DNA of 57,639 nucleotides, from assembly GCF_006345805.1 (NCBI RefSeq), contig NW_021834282.1, positions 1 through 57,639 on the forward strand, read 5' to 3'. Of this stretch, positions 1 to 12,620 are shown in pieces. Source of the stretch: Octopus sinensis. Its lineage: Eukaryota. Within the stretch, counting starts at the first letter, position 1. Each line of letters starts with the position of its first letter. The notes beneath the pieces are model-generated. The model saw only the letters and a list, made by a program, of their open reading frames with translations, ran no database searches and had not been told where the DNA came from. The translations under genes were made by a program, and so were the position numbers.

Positions 1-84
1 CGTTCTCCTTTGCGTAACTCCATATTTGTATAAAGATAAAGTGTTGCCACCTCGAATTACAGGTAAGGTCTTTTAGTATTTTTA

Positions 85-253
85 TCATATACACACACAC
101 AAATACGCGCGCAAACACACACACACACACACACAGACACACACAAACGCACACACACACACAAACTCACACACGCACACACAAACACACACAAACACAA
201 AAAACACACAAACACAATCACACACACTCACGCACACATATGCGCATACACAG

Positions 254-300
<47 letters not shown>
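85..300. repeat. (CA)n microsatellite, imperfect
   Basis: Direct reading; explains ORFs 85..297 and 240..458. Confidence 0.95.
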
Positions 301-301
<1 letters not shown>

Positions 302-530
302 TCATATCTCTCGTCTATTTCCTATTTCGTCTCACCTTCGACTCAATCAGTCTTTCTCTGATTTTTTTCATTATACGGTTTTCTTTTCGCTTTACATTCT
401 GACTTTCCATTTGCCCTTTTCCCGTTTCCAGGCTTACAAGGCGTTTTCCTTTGCATAATTCCATATTTGTCTGTCTTAGAGCCGCACAGCCTTCTTTTTC
501 ATTGCTTAAGTATTTTATTTTTTATTCTTC

Positions 531-750
531 TACTTTTTTCAGTCATTTGACTGCGGCCATGCTGGAGCACCGCCATAAAGGGTTTTATTGAAAGAAATCG
601 AACACAGGACTTATTCTGTGTAAGCCTAGTATTTATTATTTATTCTATCAGTCTCTTTTGCCGAACCGCTAAGTTACGGGGACATAAACACACTAAGATC
701 GGTTGTCAAGTGATGGCGGAGAGACAGATAGACAGACAGACAAACACACT
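531..750 (-). mobile_element. SINE family A, 3' half only
   Basis: cagtcatttgactgcggccatgctggagcaccgcc...ccgaaccgctaagttacgggg matches the 3' half of the full copies (e.g. 2658-3077). Confidence 0.85.
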
Positions 751-1115
751 CAACCCACCCCTCCACACAAATGAGATTATCAGAGTGAATAATTAAGGTA
801 ATAATTTAAATGAGGAAAGGAGAAGTCAAGTTGTCATTACAATTGTTTCCGTAATCGGACGATATTTTTATTCCATATAATGTTATGCAATTCATTCAAT
901 GTTATGTAATACGTGTCATGATATATGGGAATATGTAATAATTCTATTGTCCATTCCCTTCCTCAGATGTCAAGATTTGAAGGGATCATCACCAAATGAA
1001 TGTTTTGCAATGAACCTATTTGGACCTGTCACAATATGCAATTAGTTCGAACACTAACAGCTTTCACTCTATATCTCCTGTAGGTTTTAAGATAATAAAT
1101 ATTAATAAAAGTAAG

Positions 1116-1335
1116 TTATTCTTTTCTACACTAGGCACAAGGCCCGAAATTTTTGGGGAAATGGCCAGTCGATTAGATCGACACAAGTACGCAACTGGTA
1201 CTTAATTTATCGACCCTAAAAGGATGAAAAGGCAAAGTCGACCTCGGTGGAATTTGAACTCAGAACGAAAAGACAGGCGAAATACTGCTAAGCATTTCGC
1301 CTGGCGTGCTAACGTTTCTGCCAGCTTGCCGCCTT
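1116..1335 (-). mobile_element. SINE family B (tRNA-like head, Deu/Nin-like core), tail type 2
   Basis: Reverse complement reads ggcggcaagctggcagaaacgttagc...gagttcaaattccaccgaggtcgactttgccttttcatcc; many copies in the window. Confidence 0.9.
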
Positions 1336-1336
1336 A

Positions 1337-1786
1337 AAGTAAGTTGACATTAAAGTTAAGACAATGCCGGTTGAAATTTGTCTCATGGCTCAATATATAT
1401 ATTAGCTTCAAGGTTCATCCAAGACTTGGACCATGGGCTATACGTCCCCTGCCCAATTCAAGATCACAACATACATGTACACTGCAACATAATTTCTTTT
1501 CCTCAACAGGCCCTGCCCTATTTAACATTGTCCCGAGGGAGATCAAAGAGGAAAAGGATCCCATCAACTTTAAACAGAGTCTGGATAGATTCCTTCAAAG
1601 AATACCAGATAAGCCACCCATAATTGGATACAACTCACCCAACAAGAACTCACTACTTGAACAAAACTTGACTTAAACAAAACTTGACTTAAAGAGGATT
1701 CGAATAATCCTATCAGGTGGTGCTATTAAGTTAGACATGGCCTGGACCAATCTTTGGTCGAAACATATCTAAGTTTATCTAAGTTT
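1337..1786 (+). pseudogene. 3' end of a CR1/L2-group LINE (RT C-terminal tail plus 3' UTR)
   Basis: ORF 1344..1676 contains GPALFNIVPREIKEE...FKQSLDRFLQRIPDKP..GYNS.NKNSLLE, typical of CR1/L2-group ORF2 C-termini; ends in a tandem tail (tatctaagtt)x2. Confidence 0.75.
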
Positions 1787-1792
1787 ATATAT

Positions 1793-1840
1793 AAACCCGA
1801 CGAACGGGAACGTGAAACTCTGAGTAAGAGCTTTTGTTAT
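1793..1840 (+). ncRNA. Minimal type I hammerhead-like motif, stem I damaged
   Basis: CCGACGA-ACG(GGAA)CGT-GAAAC-TC(T)GA-GTA; core identical to 32087-32110. Confidence 0.5.
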
Positions 1841-1879
1841 ATTTCTGCTACTTTTATATATATATATACACACATATAT

Positions 1880-3900
1880 GACCCGGCGTTGCCCGGGTTA
1901 CTGCTGTTCTTATTCAGATTAGTAAATAATGAATATAAAGATGCATTCTCATAATTATTTGAAAATATCTATATTCCATTAAAAAATAACCAAATTGTAA
2001 TGATAATAGAATTTAGAACTGAAAAATCTGTCAATCTGGGACATGGGAATTCATGGAAGTAACAATTAAGCGAGTTCCAATACACGGGTGAGATGGATCA
2101 AAATTCCTAAGCAACATAATGGGAGCACCTAGTTTTAGCGTGAAGTTATGCGGTATCATCTTATTGGGTTTAAGTGTGTTCAGAAATTCAACAGGGTATT
2201 GAACAACCTGATCTTGATCGACTGTTGTCAGTTGTTCGAAAATCATTTCTGATGCATCTGTTAAGTCTTGAAGAAGTTCATGACTGAGTTTATCAACCAT
2301 TTCATTAGCTGGAACTAGTATAGCTGTTTCACATAGCCAGTATACATCAGTGTAATTGACAGATGAATTAGGAAATATTTTATTCATAAGATCCCTAAGA
2401 GAAAGTATCATTTGACTGCATATAATTTCCTGTAGCCGAAGTCTTGAGCTGAATGTTTATATCCCATTACCATTCTTAAGAAGCTTGTATGATCACCTTG
2501 TAGAAATATTCTCATGATGCTTGTAATATGAAGTGTTTTCACATGTCTCCAAAGGTACGATTTTTTGGACCTTGCATTGATCTCATCAGCTTTTGATCCT
2601 TTGGGTATAACTGACGAAAATCTCCTGCAACAAGAACTGTTACTCCTCTCATGAGCATACTCTTTTTTACTCTTTTTACTTGTTTCAGTCATTTGACTGC
2701 GGCCATGCTGGAGCACCGCCTTTAGTCGAACAATCGACCCCGGACTTATTCTTTTGTAAGCCCAGTACTTATTCTATCGGTCGGTCTCTTTTGCCGAACC
2801 GCTAAGTGACGGGGACATAAACACACCAGCATCGGTTGTCAAGCAATGCTAGGGGGACAAACACAGACACAAACACACACACATTCATATATATATATAT
2901 ATATACATATATACGACAGGCTTCTTTCAGTTTCCGTCTACCAAATCCACTCACAAGGCATTGGTCGGCCCGGGGCTATAGCAGAAGACACTTGCCCAAG
3001 ATGCCACGCAGTGGGACTGAACCCGGAACCATGTGGTTGGTTAGCAAGCTTCTTACCACACAGCCACTCCTGCGCCTATAGCATGCTATAGTTTTTTTTT
3101 GAAGTCTTGAAGGGTATGGGCAAGTACCTCTGGAGCTCCACGATATGACAGTACACCCATGCCAGACAATGAGGCAAGTTTGTTGGAGAACTGTTGCCAT
3201 TGCAGAGATTTTGGAAATGTTGCACATTTAAGATTCTTTCATTGCAAGGTTTAGAGGGAGCTTGGACATGGAATGAGCAGTTCTTCCCTCATTGAAGAGG
3301 ATAGCTGCAATACTAGAAGATGCAACTCTGGAAGAAGGCTAGATTTTATTTCCTCCCATTTAGGATTACAGCTGAAAGTGGCAAAAATATCTGATTTTCC
3401 ATATGTTCTGACATATGTCATAGCATCTCGTGTTCGTTCCTGCAAATATCGTGGACCACCTGTGAATGATGATGGGAAGATTATAAGTTGTCCCATGTTT
3501 TGAATATTACAATCTATCCCCAGATCATCTTGGAGATGAACATAAATTTTTAGCCCATGGCTTTTTTTGATTGTTACGAACGTAGAGGAGACGCTGACTC
3601 TCAACTTTAGCATACATCACGATACATGCGTAATTGATTTGATTGTTAAGTAGTTCTGGTCTTAACATCAGTTGGTAAGAATAAGAGTCATTTGACGACA
3701 CGTTTTTGTTTGTAATTGGCTCTCCTGTTGCAGGTTCAATCTGTGGAATATTGAAATTATACCCATATTGTCCAGTCCACAAAAGAAGAGGATACTGGAT
3801 AGCATCATAAGAGGGACGAGTCTCTGAAACACGTTTAAGGTTGTTATCTCGAGCACGAATGAGAATATCACGATTTTCATGGGGGATCATCATAAAGATG
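1880..3900 (-). pseudogene. Decayed, internally deleted Helitron (Rep/PIF1-helicase remnant)
   Basis: Rep region: ETRPSYDAIQYPLL, MYAKVESQRLLYVR, IIFPSSFTGGPRYL...DAMTYVRTYGKSDIFATFSCNPKW. Helicase: LIVWHGCTV (Walker B IVWDECTM-like), AGDFRQL, WLCETAILVP, QYPVEFLNTL, LKLGAPIMLLRNFDPSHPCIGTRLIV. 3' GC hairpin at 1880-1899. Confidence 0.92.
2658..3077 (-). mobile_element. SINE family A, full length, inserted into the Helitron helicase
   Basis: tRNA-like head (ggcgcaggagtggctgtgtggtaag...gggttcagtcccac), CORE-like ttgggcaagtgtcttc, internal (TA)/(TG)n, (gagtaaaa)n tail. Confidence 0.95.
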
Positions 3901-4090
3901 GCTACTTCATTAGATGTGGCCTCATTAAAACGGCGTCAAGTGTCGTTTACTGTAGTTTACTACAGACGTAACAAACGCGGAAGCACACATACACACTCAC
4001 AGACACATAGACACTCATAGAATTGATAATATTGAAAACAATAAAACGTACACACACGAAGTTCAAGCGAAACGAAATATAGTCAATATA

Positions 4091-4322
4091 TGTTTCTTTA
4101 CTACCCACAAGGGGCTAAACATAGAGGGGACAAACAAGGACAGACAAACGGATTAAGTCGATTACATCGACCCAGTGCGTATCTGGTACTTAATTTATCG
4201 ACCCCGAAAGGATGAAAGGCAAAGTCGACCTCGGCGGAATTTGAACTCGGAACGTAACGACAGATGAAATACGGCTACGCATTTCGCCCGGCGCCCTAAC
4301 GTTTCTGCCAGCTCGCCGCCTA
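4091..4322 (-). mobile_element. SINE family B, tail type 1, with 13-bp TSD
   Basis: tatagtcaatata at 4078-4090 and 4323-4335 flanks the copy. Confidence 0.95.
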
Positions 4323-4876
4323 TATAGTCAATATAGTTGCAAGACATAGCCTAGTCTTGCACCTATATTCTGTAGCATAGTTATGCTATAAAACATCTTT
4401 TAGGCAATATTTCCAAAGGAAATATTCCAGCGTCGGAAATTAATTAATTTAGCAAAAATTACTATGCGTCACCAATGTAACAAAGTACAAAAAGTCAACG
4501 TTTATTTGGAACATGTACTAATTGTTATAAAATTCAGGATTGAATGTCACGGTGAAGAGAGTCAAGCTCCAAGAAAATTCAGAAGGCATTATTAAATTTT
4601 TCATACAAAAATAATTTATTGTTTTACAATTTTTAAACGAATGCTGAACAAAGTGTGCACAATGTTGCTGTTGTGAACGTTAATTAATTTAAAACATTTG
4701 CTGAAGGATGCATGGAGCAGGACATAAATTCATTTGATCACTTACAATATATTTTAACTCTACAGAATAAATACTGACTGATGCAATTACGCAACGTTGA
4801 ATATTAACACTGTTAAAGCAGCATAGTTACAATACGATAAGGTCGCTAGGACTGTTAAAAAAGCATTATCTTCAAA

Positions 4877-5269
4877 TCTTTATATCTTTATATATAAAAG
4901 TAAGGTTGTGTGCTGTCTGTCTCCTACGATTTAGATTCCTAACTACTCCCACATTTTGCGGTGCAGTTTAACCAAAACCGGGTATCTTATAGTCGTGATT
5001 CATATCGAGCCCTTCTGGGTATTAGCGCGCGTCTACGATGAGTCTACGATTAAAAAAAAAAAATTACCACCAATTTTTCCCATTTTTAATGCATTTTTGG
5101 CATATATAAGGGAAGTAACTCTCTAAAAATTTATTATTAAATCTCAGAACGTAAAAAAACCCCCTTTGTGGTTAGCCATGTTGAGATGGATATTATACTT
5201 TACATCTCTAAAAATGCTTATAAAGTTATTTCCCTTACAAACCCGAGCAACGCCGGGCGATACTGATAG
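4877..5269 (+). mobile_element. Non-autonomous Helitron
   Basis: Starts A|TCTTTATATATAAAAG; ends with hairpin cccgagcaacgccggg (5242-5257) then ATAG|T (CTAG-like); no TIR or TSD. Confidence 0.75.
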
Positions 5270-6049
5270 TTGGTTATAAGGAGTGGAATAACATTTCTGT
5301 AATTATATTGAAAGAGCCGATAAGGCTTTCTACTTCGCCAAGTTTCCGAATTTGTTATAATAACCAGAATGACGTTTTTTTTCCAGATATATTTACGAGT
5401 GTTTGTGAGTGCTGTCAAATCAGCTAAATCTTCATGTTATTTATAAAAACCAGAATGATATTTCAGCACATCAGAGATAATCATTAATGCTGTTTAAATT
5501 GCGACTCTCCATGATGAAAAGGAAAATCCAAACAGTGGTGCTTCAAAGTGAATGCTGTTGTTCGTTCAATGTCCAGGCGGCAACTAAACTAAACTCTTTC
5601 AAAATCGGCGCGTTTCATTGATGGGCTGCACGGTCATAAACATATTCTAAGATATACACACACACAGACATGCATTCACGCACATATCAGGCCTATCTCT
5701 GTACATATGTGTGTCCCACACTGTCACAAAAATGTATGTATACTAAGAGACATATATACCCTCACATACACTCACACGTATACTTCTGTCATCGGCCTAA
5801 CGTACGTAACGAGCGCGCAAAGATACACACACTGACTGAAACATACACACTCATATAGAAAATCTTACGTCGTCGTGATATAAAATGTTGTCTACAGTAG
5901 TTGACTTATAGAAAGATTATAATGTTAAATTTTTTGTAATGCAAGTATATAGATGAAAATACGGCTTATTTGGTAGCCGAAAGATTACTGAATCTTTTGA
6001 TACACCGTACGTCAAAGTCGGCAACTAAGTTTTCGAATCCAAAAGGAAC

Positions 6050-6080
6050 ATACGCACGCACGCACGCACGCACGCACACA

Positions 6081-6156
<76 letters not shown>
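6050..6156. repeat. (CACG)n(CA)n microsatellite
   Basis: Direct reading. Confidence 0.95.
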
Positions 6157-6161
<5 letters not shown>

Positions 6162-7006
6162 CTGATTTATTATATAAGTGAAAGACAAATGTTGCGACAC
6201 ATGGCCTACACGTGTCACCACTCTTCTATCGCCATGAGACTTTCAGTATGTAGGATGATAATTATGTTCATAATAAAATGACTTCTGTACGTCATTGGAT
6301 AATAATTTATAGTGATAAACGCTTGAACAACACAAACACCACTCTCTGAGTATGTATGTATGTATGTGTATGTATGCAATAATGTATGTAGTTTATAGAT
6401 GAGAGTAGTTTATAGATGAGATATTCTCTGTATAGAATCCACCTAATAGTGCTCAAGAGATTTAAACTTGAGTAGGTAGAGGAGTCAATGTAAGGACAAG
6501 CAAATTAAGGAAGTCGATATATAAAATATTATTAAATATATTTAATAAAAAAATGTACATGCTTGCGTATTAAAAAGTCCGGTATTAAGCCTTTACATCC
6601 GGTATAGCGCTTTCCATTTTTAATCTCCTTTCTGTCAACACCTCAAATGCAAAATTCTTCCCTGAAAACGGAAGCTGGTATTATCCGATCATGGAATCAA
6701 TTTACAATCATTATTTTAGACAACCAGCCCCCAGAAACAACTGTTGGACTCATAAAACACTTATTCAATCCCTTTAATTCCTGATATCATTTCTATTCTG
6801 TATAAGTTGGACCTTTTATATGTAAACGTATATACATTTTTTTCTATTAAATGTATTCAATATTATTTGCATATCGACTTGCCCAACTTATGTATGTATG
6901 TATGTATGTATGTATGTATGTATGTATGTATGTATGTATGTATGTATTTATGTATGTGTGTGTCTGTGTGTGTATGTATGTATGTATGTATGAATGTATG
7001 TACGTA

Positions 7007-7416
7007 TGCAGGAGTGGCTGTGTGGTAAGTAGCTTGCTTACTAACCACATGGTTCCAGGTTCAGTCCCACTGCGTGGCACCTTGGGCAAGTATCTTCTAC
7101 TATAGCCTCGGGCCGACCAAAGACTTGTGAGTGGATTTGGTAGACGGAAACTGAAAGAAGCCCGTCGTATATATATGTATATATATATTTGCATATGCGT
7201 GTATATGTTTGTATCTGTGTTCGTACCCCCAACATCGCTTGACAACCGATGCTGGTGCGTTTACGTCCCCGTAACTTAGCGGTTCAGCAAAAGACCCGAT
7301 AAAATAAGTACTAGGCTTACAGAGAATAAGTCCTGGGGTAGATTTGCTCGACTAAAGGCGGTGCTCCAGCATGGCCGCAGTCAAATGACTGAAACAAATA
7401 AAAGAGAGTAAAGAGT
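7007..7416 (+). mobile_element. SINE family A, preceded by (TATG)n
   Basis: Near-full match to the other A copies. Confidence 0.95.
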
Positions 7417-7454
7417 ATATATATATATATATATATATATATGCATGTATATGC

Positions 7455-7455
7455 A

Positions 7456-7548
<93 letters not shown>

Positions 7549-7589
7549 GTCTATCTGTCTATCTATCTATCAATCTATCTATCTATCTA

Positions 7590-7670
<81 letters not shown>
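7455..7670. repeat. (TCTA)n/(TCTG)n microsatellite
   Basis: Direct reading. Confidence 0.95.
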
Positions 7671-7671
<1 letters not shown>

Positions 7672-7823
7672 TCAAATAGTCATCTCTAGATATCTTGTAC
7701 ATTCTAACATTTATATTTTTACACAAAACAATCTTGACAGTAATAAAAGAGTAGTGACAATATAACAGAATATGAACAGGTATCTTCTACAAGCAAAATT
7801 AACCAAACAAAAATTTCACTAAA

Positions 7824-7838
7824 ATGTACATACATACA

Positions 7839-7872
<34 letters not shown>

Positions 7873-9202
7873 CTTACATACACACATACACACATACATA
7901 CATACATGCATGTATACATACATACATACATACATCCATACATACATGCATGCATACATACATACATACATACATACATACATGCATGCATACATACATA
8001 CATACATACATACACACACATATATGCATATACATATGCCTAAAGACCAAGATACCAATGATACTAAGAAAATTAACTGGAGGAATAGCAAAGAACAGAA
8101 GCTGTATTGATGTAAACAGTACGTGTGTGTGTGTGTGTGTGTGTGCGTGCGTGCACGTGTGGGTGTCTCCCTGTCTTTGTTGTATTGTAAATAACTGAAT
8201 GAATTATCGTGGAAATTTCCAACTCATCGATAAGAATTCTGGTAGAATCGTAGAATGGAAATTCCGAGCATTCTGAAGAGATATAGATAAAACCTAACGG
8301 ACACGCCTATCATACAACACCCAGTAGTTATGTATGTATGTATATATGTATGTATGTATGTTTGTGCGTATGTATGTGTGTGCGTATGTGTGTGTGTATG
8401 TATGTCTCTGTATGTGTATGTATGTTTGTATGTATGTATGTATGTATGTATGTATGTATGTATGTATGTATGTATGTGTGTATGTATGTCTCTGTATGTG
8501 TGTGTATGTATGTAAGTATGTATGTGTGAATGTATGTATGTATGTATGTATGTATGTATATATGTGTGTATGTATTTATGTATGTATATGTGTGTGTATG
8601 TAAATATGTGTGTATGTATGTATGAATGCATGTATGTGTGTATGTATGTGTATGTATGCATGTGTGTATGTATGTGTGTGTATGTATGTATGAATGTATG
8701 TATGTACGTATGCATTGGTATTTATATATATATTTTATGTATATTGTGTGTATATATGTATGCGTATATACGTATAAGTATGTGTGTGTATGTGTGTATG
8801 TGTATGTGTGTACGTGTGTGTTAGTCCGTGTAAAAGTTAATATATGATACTCCCGTAGTATGGTGGTACGACAGCTTGGCCACAACCCTCCTGGTTGAGC
8901 CCAGTAAATCAATATGCACATATAGGAGTATACATGCGTGCATACATACATACATACATACATGCATACATACATACATGCATGCATACATACATACATA
9001 CATGCATACATACATATATACATACATGCATACATACATACATACATGCATACATGCATAATTACATGTATACATACATATATACATACATACATACATA
9101 CATGCATACATGCATACATACATACATACATACATGCATACATACATACATGCATACATACATACATACATACATACATACATACATGCATACATGCATA
9201 CA

Positions 9203-9236
<34 letters not shown>

Positions 9237-9302
9237 CACACATACACACATACACACATACATACATGCATGCATACATACATACATACATGCATACATA
9301 CA

Positions 9303-9336
<34 letters not shown>

Positions 9337-9382
9337 CAGACATACACACATACACACATACATACATGCATGCATACATACA

Positions 9383-9416
<34 letters not shown>

Positions 9417-9923
9417 CAGACATACACACATACACACATACATACATGCATGCATACATACATACATACATACATACATACATACATACATACATACAGA
9501 CATACACACATACACACATACATACATGCATGCATACATGCATACATACATACATACATACATACATACATACACACATACATACATATATACAGACATA
9601 CACACCATACATACATACATACATGCATGCATACATACATACATAACATACATACATACATCATACATACATACATACATACATACACACATACATACAT
9701 GCTGCATACATGCATACATACATACATTACATACATTACATGCATAAATGCATACATACTACATACATCACATACATACATGCAATACATGCATACATAC
9801 ATACATACATACATACAATACATACATGCATAATGCATACATACATACATACATACATACATACATACATACATACATACATGCATACATACATGCATAC
9901 ACATACATACATACATGCATACA

Positions 9924-9956
<33 letters not shown>

Positions 9957-10341
9957 CAGACATACACACATACAACATACATACATACATACATGCATAC
10001 CATACATACATAACATACATACATACATACACATACATACATATATACAACATACACACATACACACATACATACATGCATGCATACATGCATACATACC
10101 ATACATACATACATACATACATACACACATACATACATACATAACATACATACATACATACATACATGCATGCATACATGCATACATACATACATACATA
10201 TATACATACATACATACAGACATACACACATACACACATACATACATGCATGCATACTACATACATACATACATACATACATACATACATACATACAATA
10301 TACAGACATACACATACCACATACATACATGCATGCATACA

Positions 10342-10375
<34 letters not shown>

Positions 10376-10433
10376 CAGACATACACACATACACACATAC
10401 ATACATGCATGCATACATGCATACATACATACA

Positions 10434-10467
<34 letters not shown>

Positions 10468-10537
10468 CAGACATACACACATACACACATACATACATGC
10501 ATGCATACATGCATACATACATACATACATACATACA

Positions 10538-10571
<34 letters not shown>

Positions 10572-11684
10572 CAGACATACACACATACACACATACATGC
10601 ATGCATACATACATACATACATACATACATACATGCATGCATGCATACATACATACATACATACATGCATGCATGCATACATACATACATACATACATTC
10701 ATGCATACATACATACATACATACATACATACATACATGCATGCATACATGCATACATACATACATACATACTGCATACATGCATACATGCATACATCAT
10801 ACATACATACATACATACATGCATACATGCATACATACATACATACATACATACTACATGCATACATGCATACATACATACATACATACATACATACATG
10901 CATCATGCATACATACATACATACATACATACATGCATGCATACATACATACATACATACATACATCATAATACATACATGCATCATGCATACATACATA
11001 ACATACATACATACATACATACATACATGCATACATGCTACATACATACATACATACATACATACATACATACATACTACATCATACAATGCATGCATAC
11101 ATACATACATGCATACATGCATACATAACATACATACATACATGCATACATACATACATACATGCATACATGCATAACATACATACATACAGACATACAT
11201 ACATACATACATACATGCATACATGCATACATACATACATATATGCATACATGCATACATACATACATCATGCATGCATACAACATACATACATACATAC
11301 ATCATACATACATACATATATGCATACATGCATACCATACATACATACATGCATACATGCATACATACAACATACATACATACATACATGCATACATGCA
11401 TACACATACATACATACATACTACATGCATACATGCATACATGCATAATACATACATACATACATACATACATGCATACATGCATACATAATACATACAT
11501 ACATACATACATGCATACATGCATACATACATACATACATACATACATAATACATACATACATACATACATACATACACACACATATATGCATATACATA
11601 TGCCTAAAGACCAAGATACCAATGATACTAAGAAAATTAACTGGAGGAATAGCAAAGAACGGAAGCTGTATTGATGTAAACAGT

Positions 11685-11725
<41 letters not shown>

Positions 11726-12574
11726 CGTGCACGTGTGGGTGTCTCCCTGTCTTTGTTGTATTGTAAATAACTGAATGAATTATCGTGGAAACTTCCAACT
11801 CATCGATAAGAATTCTGGTAGAATCGTAGAATGGAAATTCCGAGCATTCTGAAGAGATATAGATAAAACCTAACGGACACGCCTATCATACAACACCCAG
11901 TAGTTATGTTTGTATGTATATATGTATGTATGTATGTATGTTTGTGCGTATGTATGTGTGTGCGTATGTGTGTGTGTATGTATGTCTCTGTATGTGTATG
12001 TATGTATGTATGTATGTATGTATGTATATATGTATTTATGTATGTATGTATGTATGTATGTATGTATGTATGTGTGTATGTATGTCTCTGTATGTGTGTG
12101 TATGTATGTAAGTATGTATGTGTAAATGTATGTATGTATGTATGTATATATGTGTGTATGTATTTATGTATGTATATGTGTGTGTATGTAAATATGTGTG
12201 TCTGTATGTATGAATGCATGTATGTGTGTATGTATGTATGTGTATGTATGCATGTGTGTATGTATGTGTGTGTATGCATGTATTTATGTATGTGTGTGTA
12301 TGTATGTATGAATGTATGTATGTACGTATGCATTGGTATTTATATATATATTTTATGTATATTGTGTGTATATATGTATGCGTATATACGTATAAGTATG
12401 TGTGTGTATGTGTGTATGTGTATGTGTGTACGTGTGTGTTAGTCCGTGTAAAAGTTAATATATGATACTCCCGTAGTATGGTGGTACGACAGCTTGGCCA
12501 CAACTCTCCTGGTTGAGCCCAGTAAATCAATATGCACATATAGGAGTATACATGCGTGCATACATACATACATG

Positions 12575-12608
<34 letters not shown>

Positions 12609-12620
12609 CATATATCATAC
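7824..12620. repeat. (CATA)n/(TATG)n simple-satellite domain with a duplicated ~0.95-kb block
   Basis: Unique segments U1 (~8021-8330 = ~11581-11906) and U2 (~8821-8940 = ~12439-12560) each occur twice; ~2.6 kb of (CATA)n lies between the blocks. Confidence 0.95.

Noticed and set aside
1738-1766. CTG-GACC..GGTC-GAAAC hairpin in the LINE 3' UTR as a hammerhead
   Set aside because: Lacks the ANGA of the core; more likely an ordinary LINE 3' stem-loop
6847-7245. Recurrent ORFs containing RASFSFRLPNPLT...GTEPGTMWLVSKLLTTQP (also at 2836, 23332, 48049, 52153)
   Set aside because: Antisense read-through of SINE A copies, not a gene family
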